64,000 bases of DNA from Paragordius varius (Eukaryota; Animalia; Nematomorpha): assembly GCA_964247055.1 (NCBI GenBank), contig OZ176054.1, positions 9,734,001 to 9,798,000 on the forward strand, read 5' to 3'. A model generated the notes under the pieces. It did not search any database and had not been told where the DNA came from. It saw nothing but the letters and a program-made list of their open reading frames with translations. A program made the translations under genes and the position numbers. This document shows, one piece after another, positions 24,290 to 36,806 of the stretch; the first letter of the stretch is position 1; the number at the start of each line of letters is the position of its first letter.

Positions 24290-25850
24290 ATACAAAAGGT
24301 GCCTTTCGGATTGTCAGCCCCGATAATAATCATTGAGCTATGGACCATGTAAAAAAAGGCTGTCCCGGCACTTGTACATATTTAGTTGATGTTTTAATAA
24401 CTGTCAAATCAGAACGTATAAAATATTTTAATCTTCAGTAAGTTATCTGGATTTATAATTAGTAATAAAGGTAGAGGTCCAGTAAAAATAAGGGAAAGGC
24501 AATCAATTATTTTAAAAACCGGTGGATCTTTAGGAATTTATATTTTTAACATTCCATGAAAGATTTATATTCAATCATTTCTAACTGATTTACATAGTTT
24601 AACAAGTAAGAACGTCAGATGGAACTGGCAAGAAAAAATTTGGAAAGCAGCAAAGGAATTGTTAAGGTAACAAGCGTTTTTAACACCATACAATCCGGCT
24701 ACAGTCATGTGGCAAATAGTGAAAGGAAAACTATTGCATATGGTTCCAGAAAGTGTAGTACCGCAAAACTCAATCTACAATAGAAAGGGAATTAAAGGCT
24801 ATTGTTTTTGCATTAGAAATGTTTCATAGTTTTTATGATAGAAAGTTTGAAATTTTATCAGATTACTTACCACTTGTTAGGTGTATCAATAGGGATAGAG
24901 TTTTGAAAGTAATTTAGAATGCGAAAGTTTTAAGATGGGTTAATACACGGAATAATAGTGATTTTTAATTAAGTTATCAGGCGGGTCCGAAAAATCGAGC
25001 TTACTTGTCAAGATTCCCCGGATAAGATACTGTTACAATCTAGATGCATTAAATGGTAACGAGACATCTAAGGTTTCAAAATTGTCATAACGTTCATTTA
25101 AGTCGAGATTATATCCGAGCAGAGACAGTTAGGATGAAATTTCGCAAATCAAGGCGATTCATAATCAAATGGGAGCAATGTTGAGTTGGTTAAGTTTACG
25201 AATTGGAAAGGAGAAACTTTATATCTATACGGATTGTTAAGTTTAAACAATCGAATCATAACAGACGAGTGTGGTTAATTATTTGTACAGCTGTCATAAT
25301 AATGTGGAAACGATAAAAGCGATGGCAAACGTGTTATTGGCCAAAGTTAGAGAATGACCTAGTAAGAATGTATAGTCAATCTAGGTCGTGTCAAGTAAAC
25401 AAGTTAAATCTATGGGAAAACCCTACATAATGGGATCCTAATGATGTAATAAGGGAGCGCATCACATTGATATAGCTGGTTCGGTTGATGGTTATTTCTG
25501 GTTGTTGCTTATTGACAGTCAAAGTGGTCAGAAAGGTTTATGTTAAAAAGAGTTACTTCGGTAAATGTATTACACAAACTCGAGGAAACCTTTGCCAGGT
25601 TTAGGTTTCCGAAGACGGTTAATAATTCGTATTTTATGTCAACTCTGACAACCTGGGGATCAAAAACATTAGGTGACAATAATATTGATAAAATAAGTGA
25701 GAGTAATGGGGATAATACTGGCAATAATGACAATATTAATAATAAAAGTCCTATCAAGCGTCGTTACCCTAAGATTATTTACCGGAAGCCGGTGCGGTTC
25801 TCATAAGGATGTAATGATGTTATATATAAATGAGTTTTTATTTAAGTTTT
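24290..25850 (+). mobile_element. Ty3/Gypsy LTR-retrotransposon pol remnant, internally deleted
   Basis: Ordered motifs: RT (PFGLSAP, MD..KGCPGTCTYLVDVLIT), RNase H (FALEMFHSFYDRKFEILSD), integrase (HIDIAG..DG....LIDS), C-terminal RRYP....RKPVRF-stop, then TGTAATGATG, a likely LTR start. Confidence 0.8.
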
Positions 25851-26624
25851 TTTCAGGATACAAATTGTAGTAATGATAATATATTCTAATTAGTTATACA
25901 TTTTTTATTATGATACAGATACCGTATCCATTAGTTTATACAATTGTATGTATCATGCAAATACCGTCATGGATTAGCTTTATTTTATATTTAATTGTCA
26001 TGCAAATTACCTTCAAAGAAAATTGTATATATATAGCTCTATTTTTCTAATAAATGCTTATCATTTTCATATACTATCTCTATGATCTAACCTAATATAT
26101 TAAATATGATGATCCAGAACCTGGCGGTTTCTGGGGAAAGCTGAAACCTCGGTTCCGTTTAATCTCAGGACGGGTTCCTGCCCCTCGGTCTATGTTCAAA
26201 GCGTCAAATAGTTTTTGAAGTTTACTGATATAATATTAAAATGCGAATAATCTTTATTATATAAAAAATATAATTATTGTTTTCTATCTTACACGCTTTA
26301 AAATTATATTATAATTTGTTGCATACTATTTAAGCTTATTAATATTCTAGAAATTAGCTAAAAAATGGTTTATGTGAATTCTCACTATCGAAACAATGAC
26401 AGAATTCATTATATATTTTTTCAACCGATTATTTCCGTTTATTGTTTTATTTAAATATATCCAAGCTAATGATAGTATAAACTATGTATACATTTTTAAA
26501 ATGTACTTTATCCGATATCATTTTTAATTATTATTTCGCATTTTAGACATAAATATATTAGAAGCTTTTGTTAGCCTTGGCCCCCATTATTCCAAATAAA
26601 AATCATCTATTTTCTTACCGAGAA

Positions 26625-27750
26625 AATATAATATAAATTTAGCTGCTACCTGTATTTCCTGGTTTGGATATATCGTCAGGTTCTTTAAAAATTTTAATAG
26701 AATAAAATTAATATTGTTACAATAGCCATTTAATTATATTTATTATTTACTCGAGGGTAAATTTCTCACATTTGTATCCACAAATTTTTCTTCCTGATCT
26801 ACAAAAGTAAATATAGCAATATAATTAAATTAAATTAAATATAGTTTTTTATTACTATTTCATTCATTATTCGCATTTTTATAATCAAACGAATTTAAAA
26901 CAATTTTTGGGTTCTGACATCAATGTGACCCATTTTTTCACATTTTGTTTATCTTTTGAATGAAAATGGATACAAAATTATATATAATTTATGTAGTATC
27001 ATAAGCGGTATTTCCGGATTCGTCGGCTTTAAAAATTTTAATAGAATAAAAGTAATTTTCTTAAAATAGCCATTTCATATTTCTATTCATTTACTCAATG
27101 GTAGTTTTTTCACATTTGTATCCACAGATTTTTCTGCTTGATTTACAGTTTAATATAATAATAAAATAAATGAAATATATATTACTATTTGGGCCATTTT
27201 TACATTAAATTCGCATTTTTTCACAATCAAATGTTTATTAAAAACAATTTTGAATTCTAAATCAATGTTGACCCATTTTTTCGAATTTATTTTTTTATCT
27301 TTTGACTGTAAAATCGATACAAAAATATTTATAATTTATATAGTATCATTAGCTGCATTTCCCGGTGAGAATGCATCTTTGGCTTCTTCAAAAATTTTAT
27401 TAGAATAAAATTTTTTTCTTAAAATAGCCATTTCATATTTCTATCTATTATTTACTCCATGGTTTCTTCACATTTGTAGCCACAGATTTTTCTGCTTGAT
27501 CTACAGATTATTATAATAATACAATTAAATTAAATATATTTTTTATTGATATTTCATTCTTAATCACATAAAAATCTTTTTTTGCAATCAAATAATTAAA
27601 AATAATTTTTGGGTTTTGACTCAATGTTGGCACATTTTTGGTATTTTTTTCTTTTGACTGTAGGATCGATACAAAATATATATAATTTAGTAATATAATA
27701 GCTGTATTTCCGGGTTTGAATGCTGGGTTCTTTGAAATACTTAATAAAAT
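26625..27750. repeat. Tandem array of ~350-bp units, about 3.2 copies
   Basis: Recurring anchors aaaaattttaatagaataaaa (~26690, ~27030, ~27390), aatagccattt, cacatttgtatccaca, ttcgcattttt and gtatttcc at ~345-360-bp spacing. Confidence 0.9.
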
Positions 27751-28453
27751 TACAGTAAAAAAATACAGACAAAACGTAAAGAAAGAAACAAATTTTTTAT
27801 CATAAGATCGACTCTTTTTAAATGATTTTTTAAAATACTGATTGTTTTAAATTGCGAAGTTTCAATCGAGATGTATATTACATATTCTATCTATTTCACA
27901 ATTTTAATTAAATAATTTATTTGGGACGAGAAAGTATGGATTTTTTTAAAATATTTGTCGTTATGTCTTTACGTTTTGTTTGGAAATAATTATATTCCAA
28001 AAACAATGCGTAATAATTTACTCGTTTTCTGTAGATTTTTCTTATTTATATTGGTAGATTTTTGTGATCGATCTATAACATACATAAATTTAATAAACAA
28101 ATGAATAAATTTTTTGTCATGTCTATTGCAAATTACCTTCTTCTTTTGGTACGTCTTCGTTGGGTCGATTCTCCGAAAGTTTGACTAAAGTAAATTATAT
28201 TCTAAAAATAATACTTATATAAATTGGAATAGAAAATTTTTTATTCCGAGTCTGAATTAAGTTGGAAAAAATTTTGTCACCCAGCAAATGTGCATAAACC
28301 AAATTGCTATGAATAATCGTGTAAAAATAGTATAAAAATTATTTCCTCAAAATTGATTCGAAAGCTACATGAAGGATCCAATTAAATGCGCAGGTAAGGA
28401 TAAAAAGGTTTTTTTGAAGCAAATAAATCATAAAATAAATTTGACGCAATATT

Positions 28454-28659
28454 TTAAATTATACTCCGTTTCCGGTCAGGTTCTTCTTCTGAGGAAGAAT
28501 CATCAGGGTTTAAAGTGTCACGATTCCTATTTGATGGCCCTGCACATTTAATAATAAATTGATTCATACCAGGTTCTTCATCAACGGTGAATATGGGGTT
28601 ATTCGCATCTATGTTTAGCTCACTTTCAGTTAGTATATCGGGCATATTATTATTCAAAT
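28454..28659 (-). CDS. Terminal exon of unidentified gene X: LNNNMPDILTESELNIDANNPIFTVDEEPGMNQFIIKCAGPSNRNRDTLNPDDSSSEEEPDRKRSII-stop
   Basis: Acceptor ttttaatattcttag, phase 1, open to TAA, acidic low-complexity tail. Confidence 0.7.
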
Positions 28660-30769
28660 CTAAGAATATTAAAATTTAGCGTAGAGATTTTGGCTGTAAA
28701 CAAAATATCCTAAATTATCAAAAACTTATACCGTATTGAATTCCTTCAATCTCTAAATATTAGAGTTAGTTAAAAACATTTTCAATGTTATGAAATTTTC
28801 AATGACCAAAGTATATGACCACAAATATATTTACGCTTCAGATATTTTTTATTGGTATTGTAAAATATTTTATAACACTTAAAGAAAAATAAATTGTAAC
28901 CATCCAAATTTAAAGATATTGCTTAAGGAGCCAATTTAAATTTTTGTGATCTCAAAGATTGAGTTATTTATATTTGTTAATTGTAGGACAAACCATAAAA
29001 ATTAATTATTAACAATCTCCATTTAATATTTTACAATACAACATAAAAAAATTATATAGAAAAACTTCCGAATCTGCAGTTATACTTAGTTGATTATTGG
29101 GTCAGAAACAATAAAATATGTTTCAGTTTTAATTACCTGAATTAAAATAATCCGGTTCTTCACCTATAAAATTTTACTAAGTAAAAAGTATACTTAAGTT
29201 ATCGATCCAATCATCCATATCCGCTGAAAAATATATAATCATATATCAATACCGCCAGGGTTCTGTGAATTCATAAGTTCTAAAATTTAAAAATATATTT
29301 AATATATTTACATGTTAATCAGAGTGTGTCAAAATCGGGGTCTGCTTTATGTGTTTTCAAAGATCATTTCAATAAAAGGGTGTTTTTTAAAAAAGAATAA
29401 ATAATAACGCTAAATAAAAGAAAATAACGCAAGATCAAAATTCAAAGTCGTTTTTTGGTTTTATTTGGACAAATTTATTTTTGTACCTTTTTAATAATAT
29501 CATAAACACAGAATAAATCAAGCAAAATATGTTTATTTAAATTTGTTTTGTCACATCCTAAATTAATAAAGCATCAATCATATGAAATTAAGTGTAATTA
29601 TCTTATATTATAGGCGATCGGTAAATTTATAAACATTTAAAACTAGCCAATTGGCCGTGAATGTGCATGCATAGCAAAATTTTTTTAAATTTGTATTTTA
29701 CCCCATAAATAACTTTTCCGTATATTACTACATTTTGACATAAAAAGATCAATGTTTTTTAGTGATTATAAAAATTTTTTCTCACAGACCTAATACAGTT
29801 TAACGATATAACTATATTTATAGAAAATCGATTATAAAATATAGCATAAATAACAGATTTTCATTTGAACGAAGCAAAAAAATAGTTTCGCAAAGCACCT
29901 TTTTATTAGCAATGAATGGGGTTTCAACTTTTGTACGTCAAATAAAAATATTTAAATTTTCTCGATTTTTAATAAAGCTACATAAATCTAATGATATTCA
30001 ATGTTAAGAGGTTTTGATGCTCTTTGTAATGATTAACCCCAAATTTTATTTTTAAGTTTAAAAACGTGCATAAAAGGTATTTTGATAGAATCTTGATATA
30101 CATGGAAATTCATACGTTTAATATATTAACTTTAACAAAAATGTGAGATGAAGCTATTAAAATGATATCGATTTTTTATAATAAAATGGATCTAGAGTTG
30201 ACTAAAGTAATATGCTTGTGAATACAGACTAACAGACATAAATTAGCAGCTAGCATTTTAAGGGATACTAATGAATTAAAGATATAACATAAAACCAATT
30301 TAGTAAAATTTATTTTTTATCTAAAATAATTATTATTTTATTTGGAAATTTTGGAATGATTAAGCAACGTGTGTCTGTATAGTAATCGGTGAATATATAT
30401 TTGTATAATACCTTGGTATTCATTGTCTTGATCTAATCATAATTAAAGCATAATTTTAATGTTGCAAAGTAAAAATTTAATATTATTTTTCGTTTTTAAA
30501 ATTTGTACATAAATGTGAGTATTTCTATATATATAATATATAGTTTAAGAATTGATAAAAATATAGTAAAAAATATAAATATAAAATTATCATATCGAAT
30601 TTATATGTGAATTGGCATATAATCAGGATGTATAATATGTTATCCAAAAGCAGAATCTATAACATTTTTTATTAACATAGTTTTTTATTTGAAAAATAAA
30701 TATTTAAAATCTCAACAATGGTCCAGCATATATAGTAGATATAGTGATAAGTTTTAGCGGTTTTGTTAA

Positions 30770-31751
30770 ACATTTAGATAATTATTTTATAAAATATCAC
30801 ATTTCGCCCATCTCACAGGTAAAATATAAATGCCTTGCAAGATCAAGTTTTTTTCAACGTCTTTATTGAAGTGCTGCTGTGCGATATGCCCCATTGATGC
30901 GAAGTTTTATTTGTCCGATGGCGCCAGGTGAAGAATTTCAGCTGAGGCGAAAATTCCTTTTGAAGATATTTCAATGTTTTTCACTGGTTATCCATGCGAA
31001 GCGGAGCAACGTCATGTAGATACTTAACCTTTTCTAGTCAATTTCGGTCGTTTCTAATTGGCATAGGTAATATGACTATTTTTCGATAGCGTTTTGTTTA
31101 TTAACCATTTCAACGGTTTTTAAAACAATATATTGAGTCTCACACCAGGCACAGAGAACGGTTGTCTTGCAAAGCGATTTGGAAAACGGATTGAGTATAT
31201 GTGAAAGCCTCTATTTTTCCGCTTTGCCATTACAAAATAAAGCCATTTCTAATTACCCTTCCGAGTGTGATTATTCGTGACATTTAAACAGTATAACATA
31301 TTTTTTGGCGATTTTTGATTTATGTTTCCTCAAACTATATGGGCCGCAATTACCGATATCCTTTTTGCGCGTAAACTGTTGATTATTTTTTGTGATAAAA
31401 TAATCTGCCAATCGTTGTTAAGTTTGAGTATGGGTCATCCTCCATTACATTTGCACTTATGCGTGTGAGAAGATGTGGGATCTCATAGAGCGCTCACGCT
31501 TCTTCACATGAACACAACTTTTAATATTTCAAAACCATGTTTAGCATGTGTTAGTCAATATATCACCATATGTTTATGCGAGCAAACGATAACTTTCAAC
31601 ATTCTTTCTCTAGCGATCTGTGCCGCAAACGTCTTTTTTAGTCACAAAGTTTACTTAATTACTCAATGATAAAATAAACAAGTTTTCGTCAAACCAATTT
31701 GTGTGGTGTCGTAAAGTGCAAATTGGGGTCTGTAATAAAGTAAGTCACCGT
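30770..31751 (-). mobile_element. Tc1/mariner (maT-like) transposase remnant
   Basis: Minus-strand fragments VMEDDPYSNLTTIG (HTH region), LHDVAPL (QDxAPxH-like), SHSSTSIKTLKKT and C-terminal CEMGE; many stops. Confidence 0.6.
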
Positions 31752-31843
31752 ACTTTTCGCTTTGGTCTTTTTTAACCGGTGACATATCACTCTACCTGAT
31801 ATTACGATTAAAATAATACATTAGATTTTTCTAAAATTTTTAC

Positions 31844-31996
31844 CCCAATCTACTGGCGGGTGTAATAATACATCATTAATGTCAGCATTGAGAGATGCGG
31901 GGGAAAGCCGACCTGGATCCTCATCTATTATTACTTCAACATTTTCGATAAATATCCCTAAGTCTTCTTCATCTTCGAGTTCGACATTCTCAATAT
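31844..31996 (-). CDS. Internal exon of gene X: IENVELEDEEDLGIFIENVEVIIDEDPGRLSPASLNADINDVLLHPPVDW
   Basis: AG/GT boundaries, 153 bp, phase 1-1, open, joins in frame to 28659. Confidence 0.72.
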
Positions 31997-33009
31997 CTAA
32001 ATATATATATATATATATATTGTGAATAAATTCGTTAAAGGGTTTAAGTCTATTTCATATTAAGATTATTGTAATGACGTTTCATTTTTATAATTTAGCG
32101 AGTACCCAATTAAGTCTAATTTTATGAAAAAGGTGTATTTTAAATATAAGAGAGGTCACATATTGGATAATATTAATAGTCCATAAACAAGAACTGAATA
32201 GTTAGAAATATGTTTTGGCTCTGGTCCAAGCCAATTCCACATAATTTAACATAACAGTTCTTCTACAAATTGTCAAAAATTTATACAGTTTATTTGCATA
32301 TTGTTGCCACTGTTTGTTTATACATAGTTTAGTTATTTAAATTTATTTTGAAGATATAGGGAAAATTTAAATATTTATAAGTTCTCTCCTAAAATCTAAA
32401 TAATTCTACTTTATCCAATTTTTATTATTAGATTGTAAATATTGAAGAAAATATTTTATACAATTTTATTTTATCGCTAAGCATTCGTTATTGATAATTT
32501 AGAAAAAATAAAGAGACACGATTATACTGGATTCATTACATATAATTATATATTATAATTTATCTTAATATAATTTTGATATTAATACTAAAGATTATGA
32601 AATAAATATAAGTTTAAATACCCAAATCGTCAATAGCTTCTTCGGGATCCGGGGGATTAAAAAAATTATCTAAATAGGCAACACATATTTTTAGAATGAT
32701 TATTTACCCAGAGCTTGTTAAAATTAAAACTTCTAATCTATGATTTTGCTCGAAATTAAAATATTTTTAAAATTAAATTATTTATCTGATAAAAAATCAT
32801 ATTGACAAATTATTGATTGTATTTCATGAATATAAAATTACAGCAAATATTATTCATCTGTGTTTGCAGTTGTATTTGATATTCTAATTAGATTATGCAA
32901 GTTTAATTGAAAATATGCTTTTTATATAAATTTAAAGAGATTAAGTTTGCATTGCATGTTTTTGAGTAATTGCCGAATATCATAAACAAATAGAAATATT
33001 GGTTTAAAG

Positions 33010-34099
33010 CAGGGTGTCCAACAGTCGGTTGCGGAACCACTTATGGCTCTTTGAAAATTTAAAATGGCTCTTTAAAAAAAATTGAAAAAATCTTTATTTG
33101 CAAAAAGTTTAATTTTTGAGTGGCAATGTAAGGTTTTGAAAAAAATTTATTAAGTTAAAATTTTAAATTGTTTTTTGCATAAAATTTTTTTATAATATTT
33201 TTTATTATTTTTCATCATAATCATTTAATCATTTATTTTATAATCTATAGATCTTTAGAATACTTGCCACTGGTAAATTTTGGTAAATTTGGTGAAAGAG
33301 CCATATTTTAAAAAAACAGTGCCATTTTTAATATAGCAATACCTCTATAATTGGAGTTATAAATTTCGTACTCGAAAATATTTGGAATTAAATTTTTTTA
33401 TTCATTTAGTGAAAGAGCCCTATTTCTGAAAACCACAGTCTCATTTTTTGATTGAATTAAATTTTTGTCAGCAAATTGAAGATAATGTATTCAAAATATC
33501 TATTCTTCAATAGATCTTTAAATTTTATATGCTTTAAACCAGATGATTATATGAAAATAACTATTTTCTAACCACCTGGGTCATTGTAAAAGGAATATGT
33601 TCAAATCTATGTGAAACAAGCAGTGTGTTAATATTGATCTTAATTAAAACGGATTATTTTTTAATACAATCAAAGATTACTCTGTAGCCCATAACGTATA
33701 TTTTTAATATAATCTTTAATATATTTAAAAATTGCATGCTTAACACAGTTCAGCAGGTATTAAAGTGTAGGTTTAAGTGGTCTTCTGTGAAAATATTCAT
33801 CCATTACTCGAAGAGAATTCTTTGTGATATATACTATATTTATGCTTTCATCAATGACATATTTAAAAAATTAAGTTTGATTTGCCATGCATTAATTTTT
33901 TGTTATATTAGTACAATCTAACAGCAAATTTAGCAATAATGTAATTACAGTTACTTTGTCTTTATATGAAAACTAACGCATCTATATGTATATATAATAA
34001 ATTTATTTGATACTTATGTCTTGATAAATATTAATTCAAATGTGGCTCTTCGGATTGGGTTCGAAAATATGGCTCTACAAGCCATTTTAGACACCCCTG
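33010..34099. mobile_element. hAT MITE, ~1.09 kb
   Basis: TIRs CAGGGTGTCCAA and TTAGACACCCCTG; TSD GTTTAAAG/GTTTAAAT (7 of 8); subterminal TGGCTCT repeats. Confidence 0.88.
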
Positions 34100-35039
34100 G
34101 TTTAAATTTTTATTTTTTCTTACTGCTATCAGCTGATAATAATCCTTTTATGTGTATATTTTATATGACAGTATTTTATAATAAATACTGTGCATATTCA
34201 TATTATTGTTAGATGTTTATTAAATAAATATAACTCTGTAACGCACCAAATTTTATAGTATAATAATATTTGTTTAATTGGTGTTAAATGAATGTAAAAA
34301 ATAACTTACTTATATCTAAAATTATTACAAATATTAGTTAAGATTAGGCGATGTGAAAAAACAAGGTACCTATTATTTTTTTGATCAAAATGTATATTTT
34401 CTGAGTGTATCAGGATTCTCATGGTTATTTTGGTTTTGGGGCTTAAGCAATTTAGATTCCACTTTGTATTATATGGACCCATCGACAAAATAACTCATTA
34501 TGATCAATTATTTTTTTGCCTTTCCAAAATATTTTTTTTGATATATGTATACATATAATATATATACATATTTATATATTTATAAATCAATAGAGTAATA
34601 TTAATTATTATGATGGGGGCACTGAACAAACGCACCCTACAATTATGGCTAGTTTTCTTTGAGAAGGGGAGTACCTAGATTTTGCTAAAATAATTTATAT
34701 TATATTATGGCAGGTTAGAAACGGTAAAACAAAATAGAATATTATAAAAACATTTTTCCATATGATTCTGCTGAAGATTTATAGGTCCAGAATTTCAATT
34801 AAAAGATTCGTTTGCCCTCTTATTTAGGTTAAAAACACAAGGTATATTCATCTTAGAATTTGTTAGATCTAGTCCGAGGTGATAAAATCTTTAGCAACAT
34901 CGAATATATAGGAATATTTTTTTATAATATAGTGAAATATACTGATTGTATAGTAATAACTACGCTTAAAAAAATTGCTATAATTAAAATATCTTAACAA
35001 AGTATGAATTATTTTAATACTATTTTTTATGACACACTA

Positions 35040-35650
35040 CCATGTAACACGACCCTTTTGATATAAATTTAAGAAAACTAGCCCAGAGGGGTTCATTATT
35101 ATCGGAAAACCTAATTTTGATAATTTAAATAATCAACAAAAAACTATGGCTACTTGATAATATTTTGGAGAAAATAACATAGTGGTATTATTAAATGACT
35201 CGTCTGCCCAAAACCAAAAGTACCATAATTTTTCTCTCGTATGCATATTTCATAATGATTTTCACCGTCAATCAATAATTACAACAGCTAAAACTGTTAA
35301 TTTAATCAAATAATTATTTGATAACCCAAATAATTGTATTAGTTAAAACAGGGACTGGCGAACGAATAATAAAATTTAAAATATTTTACTTTCATACGAT
35401 GGAGCTTTAAACATATCTATTGATTATAAATATAAAAAAATTTTGTTATAAAAACACAAGCAAAAATGGTAACACGATGGTGAATTAGGGCCTTCCCTTA
35501 ACCAAAAAAAGGTGATTGGATAACATATACCTAAATCAACAAGTCACTACAAATCCAAAAAATTTATAATTCCTAACGAAAATACCTCCTATTGTTGTCT
35601 TAATAATCTATGTTTTATGATTTGAAATATCCATATACACACTGTACAGA
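35040..35650 (+). mobile_element. Non-LTR retrotransposon AP-endonuclease remnant
   Basis: GFIIIGKPNF (IIxGDFN-like) and ENNIVVLLNDSS (xLxLLNDxxPT-like); heavily degraded. Confidence 0.4.
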
Positions 35651-36169
35651 CAAAATTAAAAACTAAAAGGCATATATTTTATTTTAGAATACAGTTTTAA
35701 ATATATACTATATTTTTGAGTAATGAAATATGGGATGGGATGGAATTATAAACAAAATTTCATGTCAAATTTTACTTAACAGAATCTAACACTGTGATTA
35801 ACCCATTTTTAAAATAATATTAACCGGAAAAATATAAATTTAGCATAACACTATCTATATTAAAGTTTCTTATGTAATTTGAGTTTTTTTGCAAGATCAA
35901 AACTTTAGTAAAAAGCCTTTAATATCCGATTGCTCAAAATTTATTTTGCGCTTTTTATATCAAATGGCACATAAATTTTACGCCTTTCATTGATACTTCT
36001 AAAAGACTATGATTATGAGTTCTTAAGAGTCATCATTAATAAAACGTTTACAAAAAATATATTAAAAATAATTAATATATTAATATAAATTACCAGTTAT
36101 ATCAGCTAAAGAGATAGATATATGAATTAATCATCATTAAATTAAAAATTAATCACAAAAAAAACTTAC

Positions 36170-36325
36170 CTCGTTTACTGCGATGATTCATCTTAGCCTG
36201 CATATTAACCCGAAAAAATGTGTTCGACCCGTTTTTAGTTTTAGTTCCAACCAAATACATTGAGTTATTCGAATAAACTGGTGTCACAACAAGTCCGGCA
36301 TGTATTTTATTGATTTTGCGATATT
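36170..36325 (-). CDS. Internal exon of gene X: YRKINKIHAGLVVTPVYSNNSMYLVGTKTKNGSNTFFRVNMQAKMNHRSKR
   Basis: Acceptor tttttaaatttag, donor GAG|GTAAGT, 156 bp, phase 1-1, open. Confidence 0.75.
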
Positions 36326-36806
36326 CTAAATTTAAAAAAGTAATGATCTCTTAACCTAAAACAACAATTTTTTAAACGAAATAAATGTAATATATACTTG
36401 GATCATATATTTTTATAATATAATTTTTCCGATTTTTGTTTTTCATCTGGAACGAAATCTTAGGAGCTGTTATATTTTCTAAAAGTAAAATTTATATGCA
36501 TAATAAATATAAATAAATCTATAATTAAAATATAAAAATTTCGCATTCATTAGTGCTTTATCTGCCGAAATTTTGAAAAAAAATAGGTAATAGAAAAGAT
36601 AGTATTTTAGTCCTTAAAGCCCTTAAGCGTTAAAGTTAAAATTTTTAAATAAATCGTTGTTTATTTATTAACATAGGTTACATATTTTGATATAAATTTA
36701 TGTGTGGAGGCGTTATAATCGGTTAATTTAAGCCGATGTAACCAGTTATATAAATTATAAACTGTTTCAACCAAAAACAATGCGAACATAAATCGATGGT
36801 TTAACT

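Noticed and set aside
26625-27750. CRISPR-like or other repeat-spacer array
   Set aside because: Whole ~350-bp units are homologous, with no short constant repeat and unique spacers; the context is eukaryotic.
32170-32270. KNCYVKLCGIGL resembling the kinase VKIxDFGL motif
   Set aside because: No upstream HRD-like motif, stops nearby, and no compatible splice phase with gene X; likely chance.
34306-34488. Possible extra exon of gene X
   Set aside because: The candidate donor gives phase 2, incompatible with the phase-1 neighbours, and the acceptor is weak.
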